A stretch of 64,000 nt of DNA from positions 24,760,534-24,824,533 of the forward strand of contig CM120644.1 of the NCBI GenBank assembly GCA_051362555.1. The letters are read 5' to 3'. Source of the DNA: Lingula anatina (Eukaryota; Animalia; Brachiopoda). The translations under genes and the position numbers were made by a program. The notes beneath the pieces were generated by a model, which worked only from the letters and a program-made list of their open reading frames with translations, was not told the origin of the DNA and ran no database searches. Of this stretch, positions 1 to 12,730 are shown piece by piece; positions within the stretch are counted from its first letter, which is position 1, and the number at the start of each line of letters is the position of its first letter.

Positions 1-1352
1 TCTTGCGATGATGTCCTTTTCTTGGTCAGTCTCTCCAAGGGAATTGACATAGGTGAATTTACCCTCCTTTCTTCCACAATTCTAAGCACAATAGACACAA
101 GTGAAAAAAATAATAAGTCCTAGTCAGTTCAATATGTCTTCATGTTAAACAAAATACAAAAATTGGTGTTGGGTGGAGAGTAAGTCAAATATCAGATTTA
201 ATACAGAATACTAAAATTCTCCAAATTATGTCTTTTAACTTATTTTAATACACAAACAAATGTAACGATTTCTTTATTAAAACAGGATTATTTTAAAATT
301 ATATAGATTTGTTATTGCCTTATGTCAAGCATATCTTATAGCAGAGTTACAGTTATTGCAGAGATAAACTGCCTTCATTCTATTTAGTAAAAACAACCCA
401 AATCCAAAACTTAAATCTAAGAGAGTCCCATATAATGGATTGAATGTTTACCAAGACAGCATAGTACGTGTCCTCATCTAATGCAAACTCTGTCACATAA
501 TATTCTCAGGCCTTTTTATATCACTAACACAGAAAAAAAAATTAAAATTAAAAGCAAGTGGAATTTAATTCAAATTATTATATTCATACATTGCCATTTG
601 GGATAAAAAACAATTATACTAACAAAATGCCACCAAACCTATACCTGTACGAAAAAAAAAAAAAAAAGAAATTGTAGAAAAAGAAAAGTATTGAGAATTA
701 TTTTTTTTAACATAAATAAGGAAACCTTTTTAAAAAAAACTATTACATATATATCAATGTATTTTTTAAAGTGCCAGCACATTTAAAGGTGGTTAAAATA
801 AAATTCAATTTTTTCATTGTATTATTTGAGGTTTAATTTATAACACCAACCACAAAAAACAATGTCCTTTGAGACATAATGAAAAGGAAAAAAATTAAGT
901 CAAAAGAAATATTATATATATAGGCAAAAAAAAAAAAGTTTTTTAAAGCATATTCAGTTACCTATTTAAAGATAATATGGGTAACCATCATATACAATCC
1001 TGAACATTACATGAAGGCTCACATGGAATGAAACACCTGTAAAAAGAATAGTAAATGATTATGTTTCTACCTCATATGACCAAATAATTCATTTTCTCTT
1101 AAAGATCTTGGAAACATCTTGATAGCTTTAAAATTTATAATATGCATTATTCAAACACGTAAATATCATATAATAAATTCAAATAGGACCTTCATTGCTG
1201 TCAAGTTTACCGCTATTTTCAGCTTAATGTGTCTACGTCATCATTTTGTGAATGGGAATACAGCGCACCAAGTGGTATGAAAAATAACTAGTTTTTACAC
1301 GAAGCCCTCTATTGGCAAAATCCCCTAGCCCATCTTAGAATATTACTTCCGG

Positions 1353-3067
1353 ATCGGATAACCTGACCTGATGTTGAATACAGTCTACAGCATTTATCTC
1401 TGCATGTAACCACGAATGTATCGTCACTGACTGTAGTGATACACCTCACCCCTCCCTCTATACTGATCTTACGATTACATCGACCTGTGCTGGAGAATAC
1501 GGACACTGTGCTTGAGAATACGGGAATAATGCTGGGGTCTATTAAGAGTGAATGAAGAAAACTGCAATTACCACTTAAAACTAAAATACAACCGTAATCT
1601 GTGCACTGGATATCCCGCAGCCAACCCCTCACGCTACAACAGATATTCCGCTCCGGCTTATCAAGCCAGGTTACCTTCACAAATTCTATCAGCGCAGGAT
1701 AGTACGCTCTCTTTTGTTTTAAACTTCCAAAATATGTATCAAAGCGACCCCGGTATGTTTTGGCGGTAATGGACCCCGTTTTGATGGACAGCGGCCGTGG
1801 TTCAGGAATTTTAGGAAACTGTAGCACAACATCCATTTTTGTTTGCCCTGGTGTAAATGTTATATCGGTGATCTTGGTATCAAGGACTGGTTCTACTGTC
1901 TGTAACTCCTGAATTCTAGTTTGGAGTTTTTTAGAGTGGGTCATGACCTCGATGTCAGAACCGGTGTCTGTGAGCTGCTGAGCGAAATCACGAATACTCT
2001 GAATGGAAATTTTGTTCATTTCTTGCTTGTCCCTCTCAGCTTCTAAAGTCTTCACCTGCGAGGAGGTGAGTGCCTTAACTTCTGCCGATATTGTGTTGCT
2101 TTTGTCATCTATTACTTTCTGCATTTCGGTGTAAACGGACTGTATTTTTGTTTCATAAGTTTCCAAATGCTGTTTGACAGTGGTCAAATACGCGTCTGTC
2201 TGTTGGCGTACGTCCTTCTCTACTTGTTGATAACAATCTTTGATTTAATTCCCTTTTAATTGTTTTACTGTTTTCCTTAATCTCCTCCGTCATAGCTAAT
2301 TTTTGAGAATCCACCAAACGAAGAACCTTTGTCTGATTTTCAGTCAACTCGTCTTCGGTTTCAAAAATGACTCTTTCTACCTTTTCAAAACGAGATAGTT
2401 TTTCTGTTGTTAGGCATTTAAGTTTTTCTAGTAGTAGATCTCGTTGAACTTTCACCACATCTTCTACTTTTTTAAAGTTATGTTTACTGTGAGTTTCCAA
2501 ATTACAATCTCTACATGCCACGGTGTCATCCTCTTCACAATAGAATTTTAGCAACTCGCCGTCGTGTTTGTCGCAGTATTGAGATTTATCTACTTGAAGT
2601 AATTGTTCTCGCATGTCAGCTGGGTTAACTAAGAAATCGACTTGTGATAGAGGTACAAACGAATCACCCTCACAAGACGGGTTTTTGTCGTGAATATCAA
2701 GACATGTACCGCACAATTGGTTGGTTTTTGGGCATCCTTCACACACGGAAATGGCCTCTTTATGGTTACAATACTCACAAAGTTTCCCTTTGATCGATTT
2801 CTGGCCTTTGATGAAGTCTGTTACTTTTCTAATGAAGAAGTTTTTCACGAGAGTTTCTAACCCACCTGGTGGTACGAGGGCCTCTTGGCGACACACGGAA
2901 CATGAGAACTTGTTGTTGACACCATTCTTGGCTGCATGGTCAGCAATACATTCCAGACAGAACGTGTGGTAACAGGGGAGCACTCTCGGGTCTTTATATT
3001 CCTCCAGACATATATGACAAGTTAAAAAGTTCTCACTAAAGACGCTGCACATATCTTTCGAAGCCAT
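1353..3067 (-). pseudogene. TRIM-NHL paralogue P1: frameshifted and 3'-truncated
   Basis: ORFs 2153..3097 (RING CHIC..CYHTFC..CSVC, two B-boxes) and 1309..2187 (coiled coil, start of NHL) overlap out of frame. There is a ~4-bp insertion near 2245 relative to the intact copies. Homology stops abruptly at 1353 (ATCGGATAACC, codons VIR), so most NHL blades are missing. The first ATG is mutated to TTG; the second ATG is at 3067. Confidence 0.92.
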
Positions 3068-3170
3068 TGCCAAGGTGTAGGCGCCCAGAGTGGGCACAGC
3101 GCCCCGCCCCCTACACGCCGACCGCCCCGATCTACTGCTGCCAAAACCGTTGCGTACACTTTATATATCA
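3068..3170 (-). promoter_or_regulatory. Type-I core promoter/5'UTR cassette of TRIM-NHL genes (TATA + Inr-like + GC boxes)
   Basis: Minus strand reads ATATATAAAG (3159-3168), then GCAGT (Inr-like, A at 3136) ~30 nt downstream, then GGGGCGG boxes before the ATG. The same cassette precedes the copies at 4854, 29824 and 56715. Confidence 0.55.
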
Positions 3171-4770
3171 TATCAGTGAAACATGTATACTGTGAGGGGT
3201 GTCATGCCGGTGACATCTGCCCCCCCCCCCCATAAAAATTTACTTGTACTGTAGTATTGTAGCTTTGTTAATAGGTATTAAAACATTAGTATACCCCCCT
3301 TATGCTATATAGCTGTCGGTTTGAAAATAGGTGACGTAATACATAATGCTACAGTTGAATCGTAGTTGAAACAGAATTGTAACCCGTGTTGAAGGCTTGT
3401 CGCGCCGTCTACAGGAAATAATTGCAGTACGCGGTAGACGCACACGCTGTTAGGCACGTGATCTTTAATGAGCACACCCTAATGCTAATTGTGTGTGAAT
3501 TTGGTGACATTTGATGGCGTCTTTTTAATTTTATAGTCATTTCTTTACATCTTTAGAAGTCACAGTGAAACAGTCGATTTGAGGGGGTACCTCTTATAAA
3601 TTTTACTAAATGGTATAAAATATGTATATTTTCACCACTATTTTGTATTTTTTAAACCATTAATCATGTTAGACACGGTATACGTAATAAAAAACACTAT
3701 TTCTAACAATTAACAGCTGTTAGGTGATCATTTGTAAATAAAAGTACATGGAAATGGGGGTGGGACAACCTTTTTGACCAATGCTGTATGTCGTTTAGTA
3801 GGTTATCTTATATATGATTAGTGTAAAGTTGTCACCGATCAACACACCTCAATCAGCTGATGTTGTCAATAACCAGGACGGTATCAAAGTCTCAAGCCTA
3901 AACTATCTGAGTACTTGACATATCAGTAATACACTGTACACGTCTGTGTGCATGTGTTTGTGAGGGTTTGCGGTGTGGGGGTGTTTTGTCAATTCCTTTT
4001 GAGTCGACACTGCTTAACATATTTCTCTGTGGTCCCATGTTGTATTGATATGTTGAAATATTGAATCTGTAGTGTGCCACGTGATCATATTTCCATTTTT
4101 TATCGTTATTTTAGTGTAACCTCACGATCATAATTTAAGTGATATTCTGTTATCCGCCTATGTCAGGGAACTATAAAGCTAGCTTGTTCACTTTACCTTT
4201 TCATGTGTTAGCTTTACAGATACACTGAGAAATCGTGGTTATTTTGAGTATCCGTCAATCAAAGGAAGTGCTCTGCAGCGAACATGCAGTTAAATGTCAT
4301 TAGACCAAAAAAAAAAAAAAAACAAAAACAAAAACGTAAAACTAATTTAATTTTGCTTTATTTAAACACTATTTAATGTACCTAAGATGTTAATTGAAAA
4401 TACATATATTTTAAGAGAAAAAGATATTCTATGTGTTTTTGTATGTTATTGCTTATCAAAACATTTGTACCTGAAGATATACACACAATAGTTGCCGTGT
4501 GAGAGCTATGGCCGATACCACTGTATGAATTGCGCAATGGCTACTTAAAAAAAATCAGTTTTTAAAGCAGAAAGGTACAGCACCTAAACAAAGCCTTCCG
4601 TTCTATTGATGCATACGCAAATATATATTAATAAGTTATCGATACTACTTTAAAGTTGTCACCCGATGGACACATCCCAATCAGGTGATGTTGTCAATAA
4701 CCAGGACGGTATCAAAGTCTAATAACTGTCCTAGCTGAGTGCTGCTTGACATATCAGTTAGACATGTATA

Positions 4771-4854
4771 CTATTTATATTCCTCCAGGCATATATGACA
4801 CGTTAAAAAATTCTCACTGAAGACGTTGTAGATCTCTTTCGAAGCCATTGCCAT
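4771..4854 (-). pseudogene. TRIM-NHL N-terminal stub A (27-codon mini-ORF MAMASKEIYNVFSENFLTCHICLEEYK*)
   Basis: 4774-4854 is nearly identical to 56635-56715. The rest of the gene is deleted, and the junction supplies an in-frame TAG at 4771-4773. Confidence 0.88.
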
Positions 4855-5499
4855 GGTAAAGGCGCCCAGAGTGGGCACAGCGCCACGCCCCCTACACGCC
4901 GACCGCCACTCTCTACTGATGGTAAAAGCCGTTGCGCACGCTTATGTATCATTTAATATGTTATCTATTCTATTTCATAGTTGTCACCCGATCTCCACAT
5001 CACATCACAGTCAGATGATGTTGTCGATAACCAGAACAGTATCAAAGTCTGAAGCACCAGCTGAGTGCCTGACATATCACTGACACCCCAGAAGAAATGA
5101 ACTGTTCCTTGGCCAGTGCAGGCACCCATGTATTGCGTCACGCTAACCTTAACCTGTACGAATTTAATGGAGAATGGATTTTCTGTTACACATGTAATGT
5201 GTGACGTCTCTCGTATTGGTCCTTATTATAACCCCAGGTACATGTAGCCTACAGTGAGACCAGCTGAGCTGATTGACGTCATACTACTTTAGAAAGCTCG
5301 CGGGAATGCGCGGGGTGGTTGGGGCTGACTTTTTAGCAGTCAGGATGAAACTCCAAGCCTTAGCAAGGCCTTTTTTAGAAACCATTACAAAAGTGACAGA
5401 CAAAACAATTTCGAATCCCTACTGTTGTACAGTGTACAACAGGCTGTAATGGGGCATAACTTGTGAGTAAATACACTGAAAATAACCGTGTATGAATTA

Positions 5500-5723
5500 C
5501 ACACAATGGACAATAGAAGTGTCACCCCTACTGAACCAATACCTTGGTGGGACACTGTTGAATGATATGCTCCTGGTATCATTTTATTAATATCAAATTT
5601 CACCAAAAAAAATGTGGACCAGACATTTAACTACTCAAGATCTGCCTAATTTGATTATTGAATACTTGATTATTATTTGATTACTCTGATTCAGGGGATG
5701 ACACTTCTATTGTCCATTGTGTG
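5500..5723. mobile_element. Tc1/mariner-like MITE (~224 bp)
   Basis: TIR CACACAATGGACAATAGAAGTGTCA ... TGACACTTCTATTGTCCATTGTGTG. TA precedes the left end here, and TA follows the right end in the duplicated copy (~59318), consistent with a TA target-site duplication. Confidence 0.6.
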
Positions 5724-6736
5724 AATGTCAGCTCTTCTTTGTTATCATACAGCCTTCGTCAGTATTTCTAACCTCTCTCTCTGTCTCTCTCTCTCTTCAT
5801 ATGTTGTTTGAGTAGTGAGACTTAGTGATATCTCGGATGCCTTCCATTGTTCGCTATTAAGTGAAATATTGAACCCCATGCTCTTGCAGGGATGTGCATT
5901 GCCTCACCGCGTTATAGCATTATAAAACAATCATATTGTATTATCTGGTATTTTCTACTTTGAACGAAATACTATAGACATAAATAAAAAACGAAATGCA
6001 CACAAGTGGCTTATATCTTTTTCCTTGGAAATATATTTTGAAGGTTTTGATATTCATTAAAGTGACGACAACGACGTCCTTGAGCCTTCAAACATTTATT
6101 CACCAACTCCCTTTGTGCAAGTACTTATACTCTATTTCTCAGTACTCCCTCTACACACTGACCGCCTGCTCTGCTGCTGCCAAAGCCGTTGTGTGCGTTC
6201 ATAAAGTTTTATCGTTTAATCTATACTACGTTAAAACTGTCACCGATTGATTCATCATGATCATATGATGTTGACAATTATGAGGACGTAATCAACGTAT
6301 CCAAACTACTGATAAACTGCAAGTCCATGTGCCAAAGCCGTGACTCGTGTTTATAAATCTTGAGGCATTGTTTGATAGTTATCTATACATACACAATACA
6401 GTCAGGGTGATATCAGGGTATTACGTGATTTATCAGTCATATGCTGCTAGTAGCGGTGTGTGTGTTGTTTCTGTACGTGTGTGTGTGTGTGTGTGTTTCT
6501 GTGTGTGTGTGTGTGTGTGTGAGGAGGGGGGTGAAGTGTCATTCATGAGTCCTAATTTTGCTTGTCATCAAGTTAAATATGATTTTATACCTGGTGTTTT
6601 GACCTACCATCGTAGTACGAAAACATGAATAAAAGTTACTTTTATTATTGATGAATCATTTCACTTAATGACATTGATAGCCAATAGATAAATGGATGGT
6701 GTTTCATATATTAATAATCCTTTACCATTGCATTAT

Positions 6737-6893
6737 CAACTCAGTTACTTATATATCACTCCATTTGTAAGAGGTACGTAACTTTAGGGGTGACTGCAGC
6801 TTTTATCATGACAACTCAGTTACTTATATATCACTTCATTTGTAAGAGGTACGTAACTTTAGGGGTGACTGCAGCTTTTATCATGACAACTCA
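6737..6893. repeat. 75-bp direct repeat x2 plus partial (also at ~60372-60528)
   Basis: CAACTCA starts at 6737, 6812 and 6887; the first two units run CAACTCAGTTACTTATATATCAC...GCTTTTATCATGA. Confidence 0.9.
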
Positions 6894-9055
6894 CATGACA
6901 GTTTTTTTTTTCTTTTTTAACGCAATATTATAAGGATAGAGCCCTAATGCTACGTTTCATGAAATTATAACGAGACAATACATATAATATTCAGAAAAAT
7001 AATATTGGTTGTTTGTGTGAGTTCTGTAGCACCTCCTTTAAATATATGTGGCAACAAGATGTTAAAGGTATCCGAATAATTATATTATACTGTTTTCAAT
7101 TGCCATATATTTTTCTTAACAAGCAACTTGATAATTTAATGCATTGATCAACGGTAACGTTTTGTCCACCTGTCGAAAAGAGTACAATTCAGATATATCG
7201 CGATCATCAATCTAAACGTGTCGAATATTGAGAATTTTAGTATTTTATCAATGAGTTTGATCTAAAGCGCCCCCTTTAAATATGACAACAACTGCAACGG
7301 CAGGTATATAAATAAAATTATCCAATTTTATTTTACATTATAAATTTAATTAATCATCATTTTCAAGGAAGTAAATTTACGTGCAGCTCAATGCTACATG
7401 TACACTGTAAAACACTGTTTGGCTTCATACACGGGTCAGACTTACATGTAGCAAGACTGGTATTACCTTATGAACGCAATGATCTTCAAGTTCAAATGTT
7501 TCCAATGTCAGTGGAATAAGCGGTTACTTAATTTCCATTTATTTCGAAATACACAAAAAATACATGCCAACTGTTCAGCATTCCAGCAATTATAATTAAT
7601 TTCAATCCATACCTCCTTCAATCCCCGTACAGTCCATGTTGTCATCGTTGTTTTCCATAATGAAGTTCAATCACTGAGTCTTTATTTGCTGTTTATGCGC
7701 AGAGCTATGAATTTATATGACGTAATTTTCTTTTATGACACAATATTTATTATGTGACGTTTTAAAAGTCATCTATAAACGACGCCATACCGTCACAATT
7801 TTCTTACAAACGTTGACGTTTTGATGACGCCCTAGGTCTAAAAAGAGTATTTGAAAACAGCGTGCTAGGCAGACATGAATGGATGAAAATGTTGCATAGA
7901 CGGATTGCATGCCTGTTTTTTTTTTCATGGAAAACGCTCTATATTGCTCATCTTTGGGTCTCAAAACTGACATATTGTAAGCGACATGAAAAAAATTATA
8001 TGAGAATTATCAACCAGATAAAAACACATTCATTCCGATTCATTAATTGAGCGATTTTATATCCGTGATTTGCATTCAAAGGACAACCATACCTCCCACA
8101 CCTGGCGGCGGGAAGCAAACGCACGAATATCAGATTTAGATTGAATTTGACAGCTTCTTGAAACATAGAAATCGCCAACTATTTTTTTTCTCACGACTTC
8201 TTTTTAATGATGAATTTGACAACTTGATAATAAAGTGTGAGACACAGTTAACCGACGGTTTTGGTTTCAGCCACAATGTTTTAGCTAGCTCGCGACCCTC
8301 CCTCTCCCCCCCCCCCCCCCCCCCCCCTTAGAGTCCTGGTAGTTCTGTGCGTATTCTTATTTTAAAAACAAATATAATTATGTCAGTGAGAGAAAGCGGA
8401 GGATCTGCTCGTATTTCCTTTCACTTGGTACTATACTTCGTAGTCCCATCAAGACAGTGCACTGTTTGTAAAATAATGTCCGAAGCGACTTCTCCGTCGA
8501 CATAAAAATTGCAAAGACTACTGAAAAAAATTGTTCTGCTGTCGATCGCGTTTATTTACATTTTGAAAAACTGAACCTCAGTGCTAAACAAAATGATGAA
8601 AGATAAAGCAATTCACATCTTCAAGGCCCGTTAGATTTTACTTTTAAAATATCAAGCTGTTTATTATAACCAGCAAAATCTTATCTCTATCATTTGTTTT
8701 ACATTCTATACACGTCATCAACCTGTTAAAACTTTTCACATGAAAATAAATAAAAAGATCAACAATAGGCCAAAATGAAACCCACTGTTAACAGTTAAAA
8801 TCTAAAAGAGAAAATATGTATCTGCAAATGAAAAAAATGTTGACCTGCAAAGGAAGGGAATGCTCAATTTAATAAAAATTGATTGAATCATATGCCGTCG
8901 TATCTCTTCATGAACACATTTATCTAATTCACTTAGAACTTCGGCACAATTCCAACAAACATTGTGGCGGCTATTTGTAAGGTTTGTTCACTACATTTCC
9001 TCAGTTATATTAATCACAATTCAAACATCGTTACAGTTTCAAATCATATAAGTCA

Positions 9056-11249
9056 TTACTCCTTAATATACTTATATGTGGGTATTGTTCCTCTGCTGTT
9101 TCCATGTTCAGTTACAACAACAAGCTCCCCGTAACTGTTGACATCTACTGACACAGGTTTTTCAATGCTCCTTGTCAAAATGTTACTTAGAAACCTCCCG
9201 TCTGAACCAAGGACAACCACCCTGTTATTATCGTCGTCAGCTATGAATATGTGTCCAAACGTATCTACGCAAACTCCTCCTGGAATATTCAGTTGTCCGA
9301 CTCCACTTCCATACTGACCTCGTGCTCCGTATTGGAACATGACGTCACCCTGGGGTGTCACTGCACACACACAGTCGGAACAGTATAAGTTGCTGACTAT
9401 AATTGCATTGGTATGCACAGTACTGTAAGTCATCACTGCACATAGGGATAGGAATTCTGTTAACAAGTTGAAACGATTCTATGTCGTACACACAGATGCA
9501 CTCTGCACCACAATCACACACGTACACCTTACTCTCCTTACGGTCCATAGTGACACCCCAGGGGTTAGACATATCACCCTGACCAAAACATAGGATAACC
9601 TGACCTGATGTTGAATACAGTTTACAGCATTTATCTCTGCATGTGACCACGAATCTATCGTTACTGACTGTAGTGATACACCTCACCCCTCCCTCTATAG
9701 TGATCTTATGATTACATTGACCTGTGCTGGAGAATACTGACACTGTTTTAGCAAAGACGACACCATGTACAACTAAAATACAACCGTCATCTGTGCACTG
9801 CATATCACACAGTTGCTTGCCCTTAAACTTAATACAAAAAGTACACTTTGGCCTTTCTGAAATTCCGTCAGCTTGTGATAATACACTCTCTCTTGTTTCA
9901 AACTTCCAAAAAGTGCATTCAAGGGACCCCGGTATGTTTTGGCCGTCATGGCCCCCGTTGTGATGGACAACTGTGGTTCAGGGATTTTAGGAAACAGTAG
10001 CACAAGGTCCATTTCTGTTTGCCCTGGTCTAAAAGTTATGTTGGTGGTCTTGGTATGAAAGACAGGTTCTACTGTCTGTAACTCCTGGATTCTAGCTTGG
10101 AGATTTTTAGAGTGGGTCATGACCTCGATGTCAGAACCGGTGTCTGTGAGCTGCTGAGCGAAATTACGAATACTCTGAATGGAAATCTTGTTCATTTCTA
10201 GCTGGTACTTTTCAGCTTCTAAAGTTTTTACCTGCGTAAAGGTGAGTGCCTTAACTTCTGTCGTTATCGCATTGCTTTTGTCATCTATAACTTTCTGTAT
10301 TTCGATGTAATCTGACAGTACTTTTGTTTCATAAGTTTCCAAATGCTGTTTGACAGTGGTCAAATGCGCGTCTGTTTGTTGACGCACGTCCTTCTCTATT
10401 TTTTGATAATAATCTTTGATTTCTCTTTTAAATGTTTTACTGTTTTTATTTATCTCCTTAGTTATAGCTAATTTCTGATAATCCACCAAGCGAAGAACCT
10501 TTGTTTGATTTTCAGTCAGCCTTTCTTCATTTTCCACAAAGACAATATGCTGCCTTTTCAAAACGAGACAGTTTTTCTGTTGTCAGACATTTAAGCTTGG
10601 TCTGTATTAGATCTCGTTGAACTTTCACCACATCCCCTAATTCTTGGTATTCTTGTTTGCTGTGGATTTCTACAATACATTCTCTGCATATAACAGTGTC
10701 ATCATTTTCACAATAGAATGCCAGCGTTTCTCCGTCGTGTTTGTCGCAGTATTGAGATTTATCTACTAAGTGACGTAACTGATCTCGCATGTCAGCTGAT
10801 TTAACTGAGAAATCGACTTGTGACAAAGGTACTAACGAATGACCCTTACAAAACGGTATTTTGTCATGTAACTCAAGACATTTAGCGCACAATTGGTTTG
10901 TTTCTGGACACCCTTGACATAGCAAAGTTGCCTTTTTATGGTTACAATACTCACAGAGTCTCCCCTTGGGCGCTTTCTGATCTTTCATGAAATCAATTAC
11001 TTTTCTTAAGAAGAAGTTTTTCACGAGAGTCTCTAACCCATCTGGTGGTACGGGGGCCTCTTGGCGAAACACGGGACAGGAAAACTTGTTCTGGACACCA
11101 TTTTTGGCTGCATGGTCAGCAATGCATTCCAGGCAGAACGTGTGGTAACAGGGGAGCAATCTCGGGTCTTTATATTCCTCCAGACATATATGACACGTTA
11201 AAAAGCTCTCACTGAAGACGTTGCACAGCGCTTTTGAAGCCATTGCCAT
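9056..11249 (-). pseudogene. TRIM-NHL paralogue P2: full length but with ~3 frameshifts
   Basis: Four overlapping ORFs (10527..11249, 9773..10561, 9345..9803, 9056..9466) together tile RING-BBox-CC-NHL. Frameshifting indels lie near 10545, 9840 and 9410. The last RING Cys is lost (CPVF instead of CPVC). Confidence 0.93.
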
Positions 11250-12598
11250 GGTATTGTAACGTGACTGGGTCGCACTACGATCCTTCCTCTATCTCTAGTT
11301 TGCCCTGTTTTAGCTGAATTTTAACGATCGCTCTGCTACGTAAACAGCCTGGAAAGGTTGCAGCAAAAAGAAAAAACTACACTGAAAACTCGGGCCCCAA
11401 GCACTCCTAAAAGCATGACCGAGCGAGACCTTCAAGGTATTAATAATAATAACAATAAACAATGATATTTAGTACTCCATGCAAAATTAACTTTCACTTA
11501 AACTATTTAGAATGTTATAACATTTATAAAGTGTTATTGATTATTATTACCATTTTTTTTTATTGTCGTCCCTTTCTTTAACGTGACCTAATTAAGTCAG
11601 GTGTAGGTGGAAATTCCTAACAATCGAATACTGCAGGTGTAAATTCCTGAGAGATGGCCACTTCAGGTGGGAAATGTCTACTCTCTAAGACTGTAGGAGC
11701 GTAATAAACCATGTGCCGTCGAAAATAGAATGGGGTGATTCTGTAACGTTTCCGTGATTATTCTTTTTTATTTGAAATTTAGTTCAACATTATTTTTGTT
11801 ATGGTCACCGAACGAAGCTGAATTCTTTGCGAATGTTAACATGTATTTTAACAATAATGACTTCAGTTGTGTATGATTTCCTCAAATGACTTTAATTTTG
11901 GTTGTGTGCCATTCAAATTTTATAATCGATATCTACGTTTATTAACGCTGTTTGTTTTTACTTAAATTCCCATGTGAAACTCAACATCTCTTCTGTCGTG
12001 CGATTAAAAATGTTGTGCTCACGGGACCCTCGCGGGGTGTGCTCATATATTTATATGTGATCTCATATTGTATTGATTGGTAAAAAAACGTGGATTTGTT
12101 TGTTTTGGCAATCATATTTCTCTTGCTTTATTTTAGTATAATCTCGAGCTTTTATTATCGTCCAAGTTAAGGACACTGTATTGATAACGACGTCTGGTTA
12201 AGATAATTTGATCTTTCTATAATTATAGTAAAGAAGAAAAAAAGGGAAAAAAGTTTGAAATAAACTTAATGTGCATAATATTAATCGACCTCGTTAAACA
12301 TTAACCTATTCTTAATGTAACGATATTTTCTGTAAAATACCCCATAGGGAGTTCAAGTTCACACTTTGAAAATGCCAGAATGAAAAAAATGAAAATTTCA
12401 TACAAAACTGCATAAATTCAATAATAAATGATAATCCAATTGACGATGTACAATTCTGCCATGCACATAATATTGTCAAGATTGGTTTTAGTTTGTCGCG
12501 TAAAGGGTCTTGTGTTATCTTCAGGATGTAAACAGGTGTCGGGTTGCTGAGACCTGTTCCCAGACGACAGCGTCCATCTCCAGACGCGTCCGTGCTGA

Positions 12599-12722
12599 CC
12601 GGAAGTGACGTAGACTGACAATATTGGGAAAGCGGAGACAACACAAGCTGGAGTTGATAAACCGATATATCTGATGATTTACCTTGAACATTTACTTAAA
12701 AAGAAGCTTTTCATACGAGTAC
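12599..12722 (+). pseudogene. Relic promoter plus first coding exon of an unrelated plus-strand gene, copy A
   Basis: CCGGAAGTGACGT at 12599 is followed by the frame (ATT)GKAETTQAGVDKPIYLMIYLEHLLKKKLFIR, which aligns codon by codon with 32252-32389. The start codon is mutated here. Confidence 0.45.
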
Positions 12723-12730
12723 TAGTAGCT

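Larger units (their letters stand above)
4774..9050. repeat. Segmental duplication, copy A (partner ~56635-62870)
   Basis: Collinear, high similarity by eye: same gene 5' end, Tc1-like MITE, (GT)n tract, 75-bp direct repeat, TGACG cluster and 3' flank. The partner carries an extra 1.6-kb transposon. Confidence 0.9.

Noticed and set aside
1-85. Possible exon fragment (NCGRKEGKFTYVNSLGETDQEKDIIAR) on the minus strand
   Set aside because: Too short and cut by the window edge to support any assignment.
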